Assembly (NCBI GenBank): GCA_040383345.1
Contig: JBEIDU010000002.1
Location: forward strand, 5,608-69,607
Source of the DNA: Chitinophagales bacterium
GTDB taxonomy: Bacteria; Bacteroidota; Bacteroidia; Chitinophagales; JADJOU01
Length of the DNA: 64,000 bases
Direction of reading: 5' to 3'
Shown: piece by piece, positions 17,349 through 27,024 of the stretch
Layout of the letters: the number at the start of each line of letters is the position of its first letter
How positions within the stretch are numbered: position 1 is the first letter of the stretch
The notes under the pieces: model-generated
What the model was told of the DNA's origin: nothing
What the model saw: the letters and a program-made list of their open reading frames with translations, nothing else
Databases searched by the model: none
Translations under genes and position numbers: made by a program

Positions 17349-20183
17349 TTACATATACTCTTCTATCGGAAGACAGCTACACACAAGGTTTCTATCGCCA
17401 TACGAATCATCTACACGGCTTACCGATACCCAGAATTTTGTATTTTTGATACTTTCCAATGGATATAATGCTTTTTCTCTTGAATATGGAAATGCCCATT
17501 CGCCACAGATAGCTTCTTCTGCAGTGTGTGGTGCATTTTTAAGCACGTTATTATCTTTTGGATAGGTACCGTTTTCTACTTCTTCAATTTCTTTTTTGAT
17601 TTGAATCATCGCATCTATAAAACGGTCTATTTCTTTCAAATCTTCGCTTTCAGTAGGCTCTATCATCAACGTACCTGCAACTGGAAAAGAAACCGTAGGG
17701 GCATGAATACCATAATCCATCAATCTTTTGGCTACATCGGCTACTTCTATTCCCAATGTATGCTTGAATGGTCTAAAATCTACAATCAATTCGTGCGCTA
17801 TACGACCTTTATCGCCCGTATACAAAATGTCAAAATGGGATTCAAGACGAGATTTGATATAATTTGCATTTAAAATAGCATATTTAGTGCTATCTCTCAA
17901 GCCCTTTTCTCCTAACATTTTGATATAAGCGTAGCTGATAAGTAAGATACTCGCACTTCCAAAAGGTGCTCCAGATACTGCTTTTGAAGCGTGTTCACCT
18001 CCTGTTTTTACCATACTATGTTTTGGTAAAAATGGCGCTAAATGACTTTTTACACAAATTGGACCTACACCTGGGCCTCCACCTCCGTGTGGAATAGCAA
18101 AAGTTTTATGAAGATTTAAGTGACAAACATCTGCACCAAGATAACCTGGACTTGTCAATCCTACTTGCGCATTCATGTTAGCACCATCCATATATACTTG
18201 TCCGCCATTTTCATGCATGATTTTACATACATCCATAATATCAGCTTCAAAAATCCCATGTGTTGATGGATAAGTTACCATTAAGCAACTCAAATTATCT
18301 TTGTGCTCTTCAGCTTTTGCTTTTAGGTCTGCCAAATTGATATTTCCATTTTCATCGGCAGGAGATACCACTACTTGCAATCCCGCTAATACAGCACTTG
18401 CAGGGTTTGTTCCGTGCGCCGAACTAGGGATAATACAAATATTTCTGTGCCCTTGACCTATACTTTTTTGATAATCTCTAATCGCTAATAGTCCTGCATA
18501 TTCTCCTTGTGCACCTGAGTTTGGTTGCAATGAAGTTGCATCAAAACCTGTAACAATGGCAAGTTTTTCTTCTAATTCTACAATGATTTCATAATAACCT
18601 TCCGCTTGATTTTTTGGAACAAAAGGATGAATGCTACTAAATTCTCTCCAGCTCAATGGCATCATTTCTGTAGCAGCGTTCAATTTCATGGTACAACTGC
18701 CCAAAGGAATCATCGATTTTGTTAATGATAAATCTTTTTCTTCCAAAGATTTGATATAACGCATCATTTTTGTCTCCGTATGATATGAGTTGAAAACAGG
18801 ATGTGTTAAAATCGCATTTTCTCTTTTTACATTTCCTGCAATTTCTGAATTAGAAATTGAAAGTGACGCTTTTTTCCCAGAAATTGTTTCAAAGATATTT
18901 AATATATCACCTAAATCTTCATGTGATGTATTTTCATTAACTGAAATTGAAACTAGATTTGAATCATAATAAAAATTGATTTCATGTTTCTCAGCTATTT
19001 CTTTAACTTTTGAAGAATCAGTAGTATGAATCGTAAAGGTATCAAACATTTCACCTTTAGAAGTGTCAAATCCTAAATCAGCAATTCCTTTTCTAAGCGC
19101 TACTGCTTTATTTTGAATGTCTTTTGCTATAGCCGTAACTCCTTCAGAACCATGATAAACGGCGTACATAGCTGCCATATTAGCAAGTAGGGCTTGAGCC
19201 GTACAAATGTTTGAGGTTGCTTTTTCACGTTTGATATGTTGCTCTCTTGTTTGAAGCGCCATTCTTAATGCAAATTTGCCTCTTCTATCTTTACTTACTC
19301 CAATAATTCTTCCAGGAATTTGTCTTTTGAACTCATCAGTTGTAGCAAAAAAAGCAGCATGAGGACCTCCAAAACCAATAGGCACCCCAAAACGTTGCGC
19401 AGAACCTACCGCACAATCCGCACCCATACTTGCTGGAGATTTATACAAAGCCAAACTCAAAATATCAGCTATGATACAGGTATATATTTGATGAGTTTCT
19501 TTTAGTGTTTTAATAGTAGATGTATAGTCCGAAACCAATCCATTTTCATTTGGATTTTGAATAATGGCTCCAAAATAAGTATCGTCAAAATTGTGAGCAT
19601 TTATATCTCCAATAATAACTTCGATATTCAAGAAATCAGCTTTTGATTTAATGACATCTATCGTTTGAGTAAAAGTATTTTTGTCTACAAATAATTTATT
19701 AGCAATATGTTCTCTTTTATTTTTTTGATGATAAAACATCATCATAGATTCAGCTGCAGCGGTAGATTCATCTAATAGAGAAGCATTAGCTACTTCAAAT
19801 CCTGTAAGGTCACAGATCATTGTTTGATAGTTCAATAAACTTTCCAATCTACCTTGAGAAATTTCAGCTTGATAAGGCGTGTATTGGGTATACCATCCTG
19901 GATTTTCAAAAATATTTCGAAGAATTACACTAGGCGTAACCGTGTCGTAATAACCTCGTCCAATATAAGATTTGAATGGTTTATTCTTTTTTGCAATTTT
20001 GGAAATGTGGATAAGGTATTCTTGTTCGGTCATTGGATCTCCTATGTCAAAACTCTTATTTGAAAAAAGATGATTAGGGATAGTTTCATTGATTAATTGA
20101 TCAATATTGGCTGCCGAAGTTTGTTTAAGCATTTGATTTTCATCTACCTTGTTTGTTCCAATATGTCTGCGTTGAAAACTCAT
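17349..20183 (-). CDS. gcvP: Glycine dehydrogenase (aminomethyl-transferring), single-chain P protein
   Basis: 944 aa with YTPYQAEISQGRLE, HLNLHKTF and IPHGGGGPG motifs. A minus-strand TAatTTTG box lies at 20236-20243. Confidence 0.97.
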   Translation of the reverse strand: MSFQRRHIGTNKVDENQMLKQTSAANIDQLINETIPNHLFSNKSFDIGDPMTEQEYLIHISKIAKKNKPFKSYIGRGYYDTVTPSVILRNIFENPGWYTQYTPYQAEISQGRLESLLNYQTMICDLTGFEVANASLLDESTAAAESMMMFYHQKNKREHIANKLFVDKNTFTQTIDVIKSKADFLNIEVIIGDINAHNFDDTYFGAIIQNPNENGLVSDYTSTIKTLKETHQIYTCIIADILSLALYKSPASMGADCAVGSAQRFGVPIGFGGPHAAFFATTDEFKRQIPGRIIGVSKDRRGKFALRMALQTREQHIKREKATSNICTAQALLANMAAMYAVYHGSEGVTAIAKDIQNKAVALRKGIADLGFDTSKGEMFDTFTIHTTDSSKVKEIAEKHEINFYYDSNLVSISVNENTSHEDLGDILNIFETISGKKASLSISNSEIAGNVKRENAILTHPVFNSYHTETKMMRYIKSLEEKDLSLTKSMIPLGSCTMKLNAATEMMPLSWREFSSIHPFVPKNQAEGYYEIIVELEEKLAIVTGFDATSLQPNSGAQGEYAGLLAIRDYQKSIGQGHRNICIIPSSAHGTNPASAVLAGLQVVVSPADENGNINLADLKAKAEEHKDNLSCLMVTYPSTHGIFEADIMDVCKIMHENGGQVYMDGANMNAQVGLTSPGYLGADVCHLNLHKTFAIPHGGGGPGVGPICVKSHLAPFLPKHSMVKTGGEHASKAVSGAPFGSASILLISYAYIKMLGEKGLRDSTKYAILNANYIKSRLESHFDILYTGDKGRIAHELIVDFRPFKHTLGIEVADVAKRLMDYGIHAPTVSFPVAGTLMIEPTESEDLKEIDRFIDAMIQIKKEIEEVENGTYPKDNNVLKNAPHTAEEAICGEWAFPYSREKALYPLESIKNTKFWVSVSRVDDSYGDRNLVCSCLPIEEYM

Positions 20184-20347
20184 GAGAAGTGATTTTATAT
20201 TTTAAATAATGATTTGAATTAAATTAATATTTTTGCAAAATTATCTAAATAAAAATGAAATTGTTTAGAAAATAATCGACCAAAAAAAAATTTACATTAA
20301 TAATTTTTTTTGGTGTATTTTTACGCTTTGAATAAATTAGGTGAAAA

Positions 20348-23300
20348 ATGAAAAAACTATATATAATTTGTTTGATTAGTCTCATTAATCTACTTATAGA
20401 TTCTTCATTGATTGCGCAAGCTTCCTCTTTAGTAGGGGCTGATTTGCAAATCAGATCTCTTGATCCAAATAATAATAGACTTATTGAGGTTAAACTAATT
20501 TACTATAGAGATTGCGCAGCAGTTAGTAGAAGAGGTGGCGGCGGTGGTAATATTAATACAAATGCAGTTGTAGTGTTTCAAAGTACAAAATGTTGTACTT
20601 TTTTAGTGGATACCCTTACATTAGATTTAGCCATTTCAAATAAGGAAGCAACTCCTATTTGTCCTACCAATCCTGCTATCACTACTTGTGATGTAGCCAC
20701 TGCTAGTAATCCAGGGTATAAAGCAGATATATATATAGATACGGTTCTCTTACCTGCAAATTGTGATGATTGGCACGTAGGGCATATGTGGTCTAGAACT
20801 CTTGCTTTTCAAAATTATTTAGATTCTAGCAATATAAAATTTCAATCTACCCAACCTCCAGCGGGAAGAGGAAGGGCTATTTTAGGACCTCCTCCAAACT
20901 TTGGCGCAAGAAGAAGTGGGAGTAATACCGCACCAAATAATCCAGATGTAACCGAGGCTGGATTTTATATCGAAAAAACATATAATAATAAAGTTGACAT
21001 TGGGGGAGGTAAATTTAGAGCAAACTCATCCCCAAGGTATTCTGCGAATCCATTGATTTTTCAATGTTCAAATAAATTAAGAACATATGATTTAGGGTAT
21101 TATGATGTAGATGGGGATGTCATGGAATTTGAACCTATGACCCCATTTAAAGATATAACAACAACTGTTGGGACTACTGGTTTTGGAAATGGAGTTCCCA
21201 TTACTTGGAATCCAGGATTTAGTGATGTAGCACCATTGGGGCCAAATGCAACATATATAGTTAATCCTTCAACGGGTGCAATTACATTTGAAGCGACTAA
21301 TGGAGTGGGATTCTATAAAACTGCAATAAAAATTACCGAAAAAGATCCTGTGACTTTAGCTGTAAAAGATATTTCAATGCGAGATATCATAATTACAATT
21401 GTGAATACTCCAAACTGTGCATTGGATAATACAGTAGGTGAAAAATCTGATTTTATCCCTGGTTACAAAAATTTTGTAAGCTGTGATACTGCTCCGAATC
21501 GTATAGATATGATACAGACATGTGCAGGAACTTCCATGTCTTTTGATATAGAAGCGGTAAGTAAATCTCCAATCCCAAATGCATCTATATTTATCGAGGC
21601 TGAAATTGATACAATTAGAATGAAAAATGCGAGTATAATATCGTCGTATAGACCTCAAAATTATCCAGTATATGATACTGGATTCGCTAAATTTATATGG
21701 AATGTACCAGCAAATATTGAGCCAGGAATATATCCTGTTATTTTTACGATTAGAGATTGTATTGATGGATATATACTTTCACGTCAAAAAATTGTTTATG
21801 TAAGAGTGAATAGAAAAGTTAATATAACTTCAGAATATCAAGGAATAAAATTAAAGCAAATAACATTACCGAGTGATCGAACCTATTTTTGTGATGGAGG
21901 ACTATATCCATTTTTATCTACAGAAAATGGAGAATTAGATGCACAATTTTCATGGAGAGATGTTCCTAGTGGTTGTGCTACTTTTGATACGTTTAATCAA
22001 GGAAATAAAATTAATTCACTAGCTTTTGTAAATAATATTTCTCAAGATTGCTGGATGATAGCTACAGCAAATCAATCATGTCTCAAAGATGATACATTAT
22101 TAATAAAAAAAGCAAATACATATACCCCTTCAGCTTCGTTAACTGCTCCAGATTATTGTCAAGAAACTCGAGGTCAAATAACCGTTTCAGGCGTTCCTGC
22201 AGGAACCATTTATGATTGGCAACGAGTAAGTGGATGTTTTGATGGAGGGATACCAAGTAAATTTCAAAATTTTGCAGACATGTATTTTTGTTCTCCAACG
22301 AATAATTTTGATGTATTTACAATTTCTCCAGATACTTGCATAATGCAAACATCCATAACCGAAGATACAAAAGGGATCAAACCCCTCATTTTATCTCTTA
22401 CAACAGATAAAACAAATGTATGTCCAAAAGATACAATTAGAGTAAGTAGCGTATTTATAACTCCTATTTGTGGAGAAGATCCATATAATACAATTATTGG
22501 ACCTACATTATACGCGGAATATCCAGGAGAAGAAAATAATCCAATAAAGTTGCCTCGTATTTTTGCTGGTTCAAAAGATGTAGAATACATGAGAACCCAA
22601 TTTATTTATTTAGCATCTGAACTTTCTGAAAATGGTTTTAAGCCAGGAAAAGTAAATTCTCTTGCATTTAATATAGAAGGTATTTCAAATCCAAGAAAGT
22701 ATAACGAGTTAACTCTAAGAGTTAAATGTTCAAATCGGTCTTCATTACAAGATTTAAAATATGAGGCAAAAGAAGATATGATTGAAATTTCAAAATTTGC
22801 TGGTTCAACTATTCTAAATGTGGGTTGGAATGAATTTAACCTAGCTAAAAATTTCTCTTGGGATGGAACATCAAATTTAATTTTTGAAGTTACAGCAGAA
22901 TGTGTAAAAGGAGATGTTGGCGCTACGTTGAATGTTCCTGTTATGGCTGATAATCAAGTAGGTTATGTAGCTACTATTGGTAGTTATTTTAAGAAAAATG
23001 AGTTTGGCTGGGATTCAGAAACTTTGGCAAGTACATTTACTAATTATAGACCTAATCTAAAATGGGGATACAATAAATTTGATACTACAAATGTGAAATT
23101 TACATGGACGGATCAACAAGGAAATAGCCCTTCGCCAGAATTAACCTTTGATCCAAGGGACACTATTTTTTCAAATCCAAAAGTTTCAGCAAGTAAAAAA
23201 TCTACATATTTTGCAACCTTAAGAAATGGATTATGTGTAAAAGATACCTTTGTAGTTGCTTTTTATAACGATAGTTTTAAGGTGAAAATTGACAGAAATT

Positions 23301-25948
23301 TTGTGAATAAATGTAATGATGATACTATTCAGTTAAAAACAACAGCAGGTAAAATATTACCTGTTTTTTATGAAATAAAATGTGGTAATTCAAATTTCCA
23401 ATGCAATGTTTCTGATACGGTTCGAAAAGCATTTGCTGGATTGGCAACCATTGTTTCTAATTTCAGCGTTTCTCCTTTTGGGGGTGTTTTAAATGCTGCT
23501 ACTGCAGAAAATACAACAGATAAAAGAATACAGTTAATTATTACTGCCGCTGAGTTAAAGGCAAATTTAGGAGTAGATACTGGATTGATTAATGGGATAT
23601 CTTTTGATATGCTCACAAAATCAACAAATTTTAATGCGATACAGAATTTTAAAATCAAATTGAAATGTATTTCAAAAGATAGTACTCAGTTTTCAAATAA
23701 TGTCTTTCATCAGGCAAATACATTTACAACTGTTTATCAAAATTCAAATTTATCTACCACTACAGGAAATAATTATTTTGCATTTAATAAGCCATATGGA
23801 TGGGATGGACAAAGTAATTTAATGCTTGATATTTGCTGGGATAATCCAGCTGGTAAAACCTATTTAGGAGATGCTGTTCGAGCTTCAACATATCTTCCAG
23901 CAGTTACTTCTAATAGAACCCTATTTAGAGGATCTAATGTAGGAACTGATTTTGGATGTGATTATCAAACGGGAACAAGATCCAATGTTCGCCCTAATAT
24001 AAATGTACATATATGTAGACCTACAGCGTCTCCACCACCATTACCATTGAATTATAATTGGGCGCCCAATGTAGAAATCAGCAATACACAAATCTCTAAT
24101 CCCATTGTCTATAATACAAACACAAGAAAGTATTTTGTATATTTAGATTATATTGATACTACTCTAAAGAAGTCTGTCTGCAGAGTTAGTGATACTGTTC
24201 TTGTAAAAGTGGGTAGACCTGACTTAAAGGTTCTTCCAGAAAAACCAGTTGCTTGTATAGGAAGTAGCACTGAAGTTGAATTAAGTACAAGTGCCATTCC
24301 GTCTCATATTTATAAATATAGATGGGAACCAAATCAACAGGGAATCGCTGTTGAAGACTCGGCTAATTCGTTTATTAGTATTACTCCTCCAAATCCTAAA
24401 TACTATTACGTAAAAGTATATAATTCTCAAAAACCAAATTGCTGGGCTAGAGATAGTATTTTTATCGATATTCAAAATTTAAGAACCATGCCACAAATAG
24501 ATGGTGTATCTATGATTTGCCAAGGAGATTCAGTAAGTTTATTTATTCCAGAACAAGTAGGTTATCAAAATCCTGTATGGTATGATGTAAATAATCAACC
24601 CTTGGGTAGTTCCTATAAAATAAAAGTAGGAGCAGCGGGTAAATATTTTGTAAAAGTAGACTCGGGTGCATGTAGAAATACATCAGATTTTAAAGTGGTA
24701 GAGTATAGAAAACAAGATACATTAAAAATGCCACAATATGATTATACATTATGTCAAGGCGATACGGCAATATTGTATTATGATATTAATAGTGGTTTGA
24801 TCGTGCCGCTATGGAGCAATGGATATTATGGCGTAAGTAATAAAGTGTCTTCTTCCGGTCAATATTTCTTGGTGAATGCAAGAGATCAATTTGGTTGTCC
24901 CTTGATTTTACAAGATACGGCCAATGTAACTGTGATAGATAATCCGGATTTTACAGTAGGGAATGACACATTGTGTTTAGCAATAAATCAAAAGAAAATT
25001 TTAATTCCAGATCCTTTAGACAATAATGCGGTATATCAATGGGATCCAATTAGACAAATTTCACCTACATTAGAAGTTAGTACTCCTGGAATATATACAG
25101 TGGTTCGTTCTATTGGAAAATGTACGAAGACGGCCTCGGTAACTGTTGTTGAAGAGCGCTTTGGAAAAGTAGATCTAGGTCCAAATTTCCCAATTTGTTG
25201 TGATGAAGTATCATTATTAGATGCCAATACACTAAATAAAAAGTACAATTCATATAAATGGTCTACAGGGGAAACAAGCCAATCTATTTTCACAAAGCCA
25301 AATGTATCAGGCGTATATGTAGTAGAAGCTATAAGGCCAAGTGGATGTAAAGATACAGGCTCTGTATATGTAGATGCTAAATGTACTAATTTGACCGCAA
25401 GACCTGAAAGAGATACCATTTATTTAGGAGAAACAAACGATGTGATTGGAAAACATTTGGATATAAAAAATACATATATTGAGTATAAATGGATGTCAAT
25501 GCAAGACTATAACAGAATTTCTAAAACAGATATGTTAAGGGGTTCTTCATATCCTACAGATTCTGGAGATGCAGAGTATGTTTTATTGATGACATTGGTA
25601 GACACATCATACAAACCTATAAAGAAATGTTCTGAAAATGCTGTAGTTCGATATAGAGTTTTACCAAATATAGTGAGTATACCAAATGTATTTTCTCCAA
25701 ATGGAGATGGTACAAATGATACTTATTTTCCTTTTGCAAAAGGATTAGTTGAAGTTACAGAGTTTAAAGTTTATAATAGACAAGGTCAATTATTGCATAA
25801 TGATGTAAATAAACCATGGGATGGGAATTTTAATGGTCAGCCTCAGCCAAACGGTGTTTATGTTTGTTTAATTTCTTATTATTCTCAAGATCCTAGGAAA
25901 GAAAAAGAAACAAAATATGTTCAAGTTAATTTAACACTTATTAGGTAG
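20348..25948 (+). CDS. Giant secreted adhesin-like protein with a T9SS type B (gliding motility-associated) C-terminal sorting domain
   Basis: 1866 aa with a signal peptide and many Cys-containing Ig-like repeats (C.GDS..L). C-terminal domain at 25673-25945: IPNVFSPNGDGTNDTYFP...WDGNFNGQPQPNGVYV. Confidence 0.9.
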   Translation: MKKLYIICLISLINLLIDSSLIAQASSLVGADLQIRSLDPNNNRLIEVKLIYYRDCAAVSRRGGGGGNINTNAVVVFQSTKCCTFLVDTLTLDLAISNKEATPICPTNPAITTCDVATASNPGYKADIYIDTVLLPANCDDWHVGHMWSRTLAFQNYLDSSNIKFQSTQPPAGRGRAILGPPPNFGARRSGSNTAPNNPDVTEAGFYIEKTYNNKVDIGGGKFRANSSPRYSANPLIFQCSNKLRTYDLGYYDVDGDVMEFEPMTPFKDITTTVGTTGFGNGVPITWNPGFSDVAPLGPNATYIVNPSTGAITFEATNGVGFYKTAIKITEKDPVTLAVKDISMRDIIITIVNTPNCALDNTVGEKSDFIPGYKNFVSCDTAPNRIDMIQTCAGTSMSFDIEAVSKSPIPNASIFIEAEIDTIRMKNASIISSYRPQNYPVYDTGFAKFIWNVPANIEPGIYPVIFTIRDCIDGYILSRQKIVYVRVNRKVNITSEYQGIKLKQITLPSDRTYFCDGGLYPFLSTENGELDAQFSWRDVPSGCATFDTFNQGNKINSLAFVNNISQDCWMIATANQSCLKDDTLLIKKANTYTPSASLTAPDYCQETRGQITVSGVPAGTIYDWQRVSGCFDGGIPSKFQNFADMYFCSPTNNFDVFTISPDTCIMQTSITEDTKGIKPLILSLTTDKTNVCPKDTIRVSSVFITPICGEDPYNTIIGPTLYAEYPGEENNPIKLPRIFAGSKDVEYMRTQFIYLASELSENGFKPGKVNSLAFNIEGISNPRKYNELTLRVKCSNRSSLQDLKYEAKEDMIEISKFAGSTILNVGWNEFNLAKNFSWDGTSNLIFEVTAECVKGDVGATLNVPVMADNQVGYVATIGSYFKKNEFGWDSETLASTFTNYRPNLKWGYNKFDTTNVKFTWTDQQGNSPSPELTFDPRDTIFSNPKVSASKKSTYFATLRNGLCVKDTFVVAFYNDSFKVKIDRNFVNKCNDDTIQLKTTAGKILPVFYEIKCGNSNFQCNVSDTVRKAFAGLATIVSNFSVSPFGGVLNAATAENTTDKRIQLIITAAELKANLGVDTGLINGISFDMLTKSTNFNAIQNFKIKLKCISKDSTQFSNNVFHQANTFTTVYQNSNLSTTTGNNYFAFNKPYGWDGQSNLMLDICWDNPAGKTYLGDAVRASTYLPAVTSNRTLFRGSNVGTDFGCDYQTGTRSNVRPNINVHICRPTASPPPLPLNYNWAPNVEISNTQISNPIVYNTNTRKYFVYLDYIDTTLKKSVCRVSDTVLVKVGRPDLKVLPEKPVACIGSSTEVELSTSAIPSHIYKYRWEPNQQGIAVEDSANSFISITPPNPKYYYVKVYNSQKPNCWARDSIFIDIQNLRTMPQIDGVSMICQGDSVSLFIPEQVGYQNPVWYDVNNQPLGSSYKIKVGAAGKYFVKVDSGACRNTSDFKVVEYRKQDTLKMPQYDYTLCQGDTAILYYDINSGLIVPLWSNGYYGVSNKVSSSGQYFLVNARDQFGCPLILQDTANVTVIDNPDFTVGNDTLCLAINQKKILIPDPLDNNAVYQWDPIRQISPTLEVSTPGIYTVVRSIGKCTKTASVTVVEERFGKVDLGPNFPICCDEVSLLDANTLNKKYNSYKWSTGETSQSIFTKPNVSGVYVVEAIRPSGCKDTGSVYVDAKCTNLTARPERDTIYLGETNDVIGKHLDIKNTYIEYKWMSMQDYNRISKTDMLRGSSYPTDSGDAEYVLLMTLVDTSYKPIKKCSENAVVRYRVLPNIVSIPNVFSPNGDGTNDTYFPFAKGLVEVTEFKVYNRQGQLLHNDVNKPWDGNFNGQPQPNGVYVCLISYYSQDPRKEKETKYVQVNLTLIR

Positions 25949-25968
25949 AAAGAAAGAAGAAAATAATT

Positions 25969-26985
25969 ATGCAAAGACGTTTACTGTTAGTAATTTCTTT
26001 TTTGGTATTGAATTTAACTTTTTATAGTCAAAATAATATACATTATACACAATTCTATAATTCACCCATGACGTTAAACCCTGCTTTGACTGGAAATTAT
26101 ACGGAAGACTTATATAGAATTTCTGGTATTATTAGGCAGCAATATAGTGATTTGAACTCTTTTCAAAAGGGTGAATTTTTGTATCAAACCCCAAGTGGAT
26201 CAGCTGAATTGTCTTTATTTAATAATCGCTTGGGAGTTGGGCTTTGTTTCTTAAATGATCAAATTTATAATAATATTTTTAACAATAAACGTCTTTATTT
26301 ATCTAGTGCCGTTCATTTTCCTATCAAAGATAATCGATTGTCTTTTGGAGTTCAAGGTATGATTAATTATGGAACAGTAGATGGTAGTAAATTCCAATGG
26401 GCTGGACCTTCAGAGCCATTGAATGAGAGTGCGATTTATTTTGATTTAAATGCAGGAATAAATTATCAGCATGATTTTGGATGGTTTATGACAGATTTTG
26501 GGATTTCAGCATCTCATTTAACGGAGCCAACAGAAAAATTATTAAAAAATGGACCTGGTAGCAAAGTCCCAATGTACTATAAAGCCTATGTAAATTTCCT
26601 AGATTGGGAGCTTAACGACAGAATATCTATCTATCCTGCTTTTTATGGAAGTTGGCAAGCTACAGCTACAGATTTTTTATATGGTAGTAATGCTTCATAT
26701 AAACTATTTGACGTAGCAGGTGCACCTACCAAAGTCTTTGCAGGTCTTTGGCTTCGCTCCAATCAATTAAATATAGAATCTATAATCGGCTTGATAGGAT
26801 TGGGTTGGGGTAAAACGAAAGTAATGTTTTCATATGACTATAATACCTCTTTTTCTAAAGGAGGAAACTCAAGCTATCTTGCCGGAAGAACGAATACTTT
26901 TGAGTTATCAATAGTTTTCCTCGGCAAACCTAATGTCAAACCTCCACTATTAGAAGACAATTTTATCTTAAACCCACGATTCTAA
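25969..26985 (+). CDS. PorP/SprF-family type IX secretion outer-membrane protein
   Basis: 338 aa with a signal peptide. The N-terminal HYTQFYNSPMTLNPALTG signature fits PorP/SprF, and the rest is rich in beta-strand-like sequence. Confidence 0.85.
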   Translation: MQRRLLLVISFLVLNLTFYSQNNIHYTQFYNSPMTLNPALTGNYTEDLYRISGIIRQQYSDLNSFQKGEFLYQTPSGSAELSLFNNRLGVGLCFLNDQIYNNIFNNKRLYLSSAVHFPIKDNRLSFGVQGMINYGTVDGSKFQWAGPSEPLNESAIYFDLNAGINYQHDFGWFMTDFGISASHLTEPTEKLLKNGPGSKVPMYYKAYVNFLDWELNDRISIYPAFYGSWQATATDFLYGSNASYKLFDVAGAPTKVFAGLWLRSNQLNIESIIGLIGLGWGKTKVMFSYDYNTSFSKGGNSSYLAGRTNTFELSIVFLGKPNVKPPLLEDNFILNPRF

Positions 26986-27024
26986 ACCTAATAATAAAAT
27001 ATAAACAACAAAAACTAGTAAGAT

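Noticed and set aside
13585-20183. kbl, gcvP and an aminotransferase as a dedicated threonine/glycine catabolic operon
   Set aside because: The genes are separated by unrelated genes (menF and the small membrane protein) and have their own promoter boxes. tdh, gcvT and gcvH are not present in the window. This is loose neighbourhood rather than a system.
20184-20347. Glycine riboswitch upstream of gcvP
   Set aside because: On the minus strand the 5' region is almost pure A/T and lacks the conserved GGAGAG/CACCG-type cores of glycine aptamers. Only a TAatTTTG promoter box is apparent.
20528-20940. Gly/Arg/Pro-rich, locally GC-rich insertions in the adhesin N-terminal domain
   Set aside because: The insertions are RRGGGGGN at 20528-20551 and PPAGRGRAILGPPPNFGARRSGS at about 20857-20925. 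They are in frame, short, and look like surface-loop low-complexity sequence. There is no repeat structure or evidence of foreign origin that I can support.
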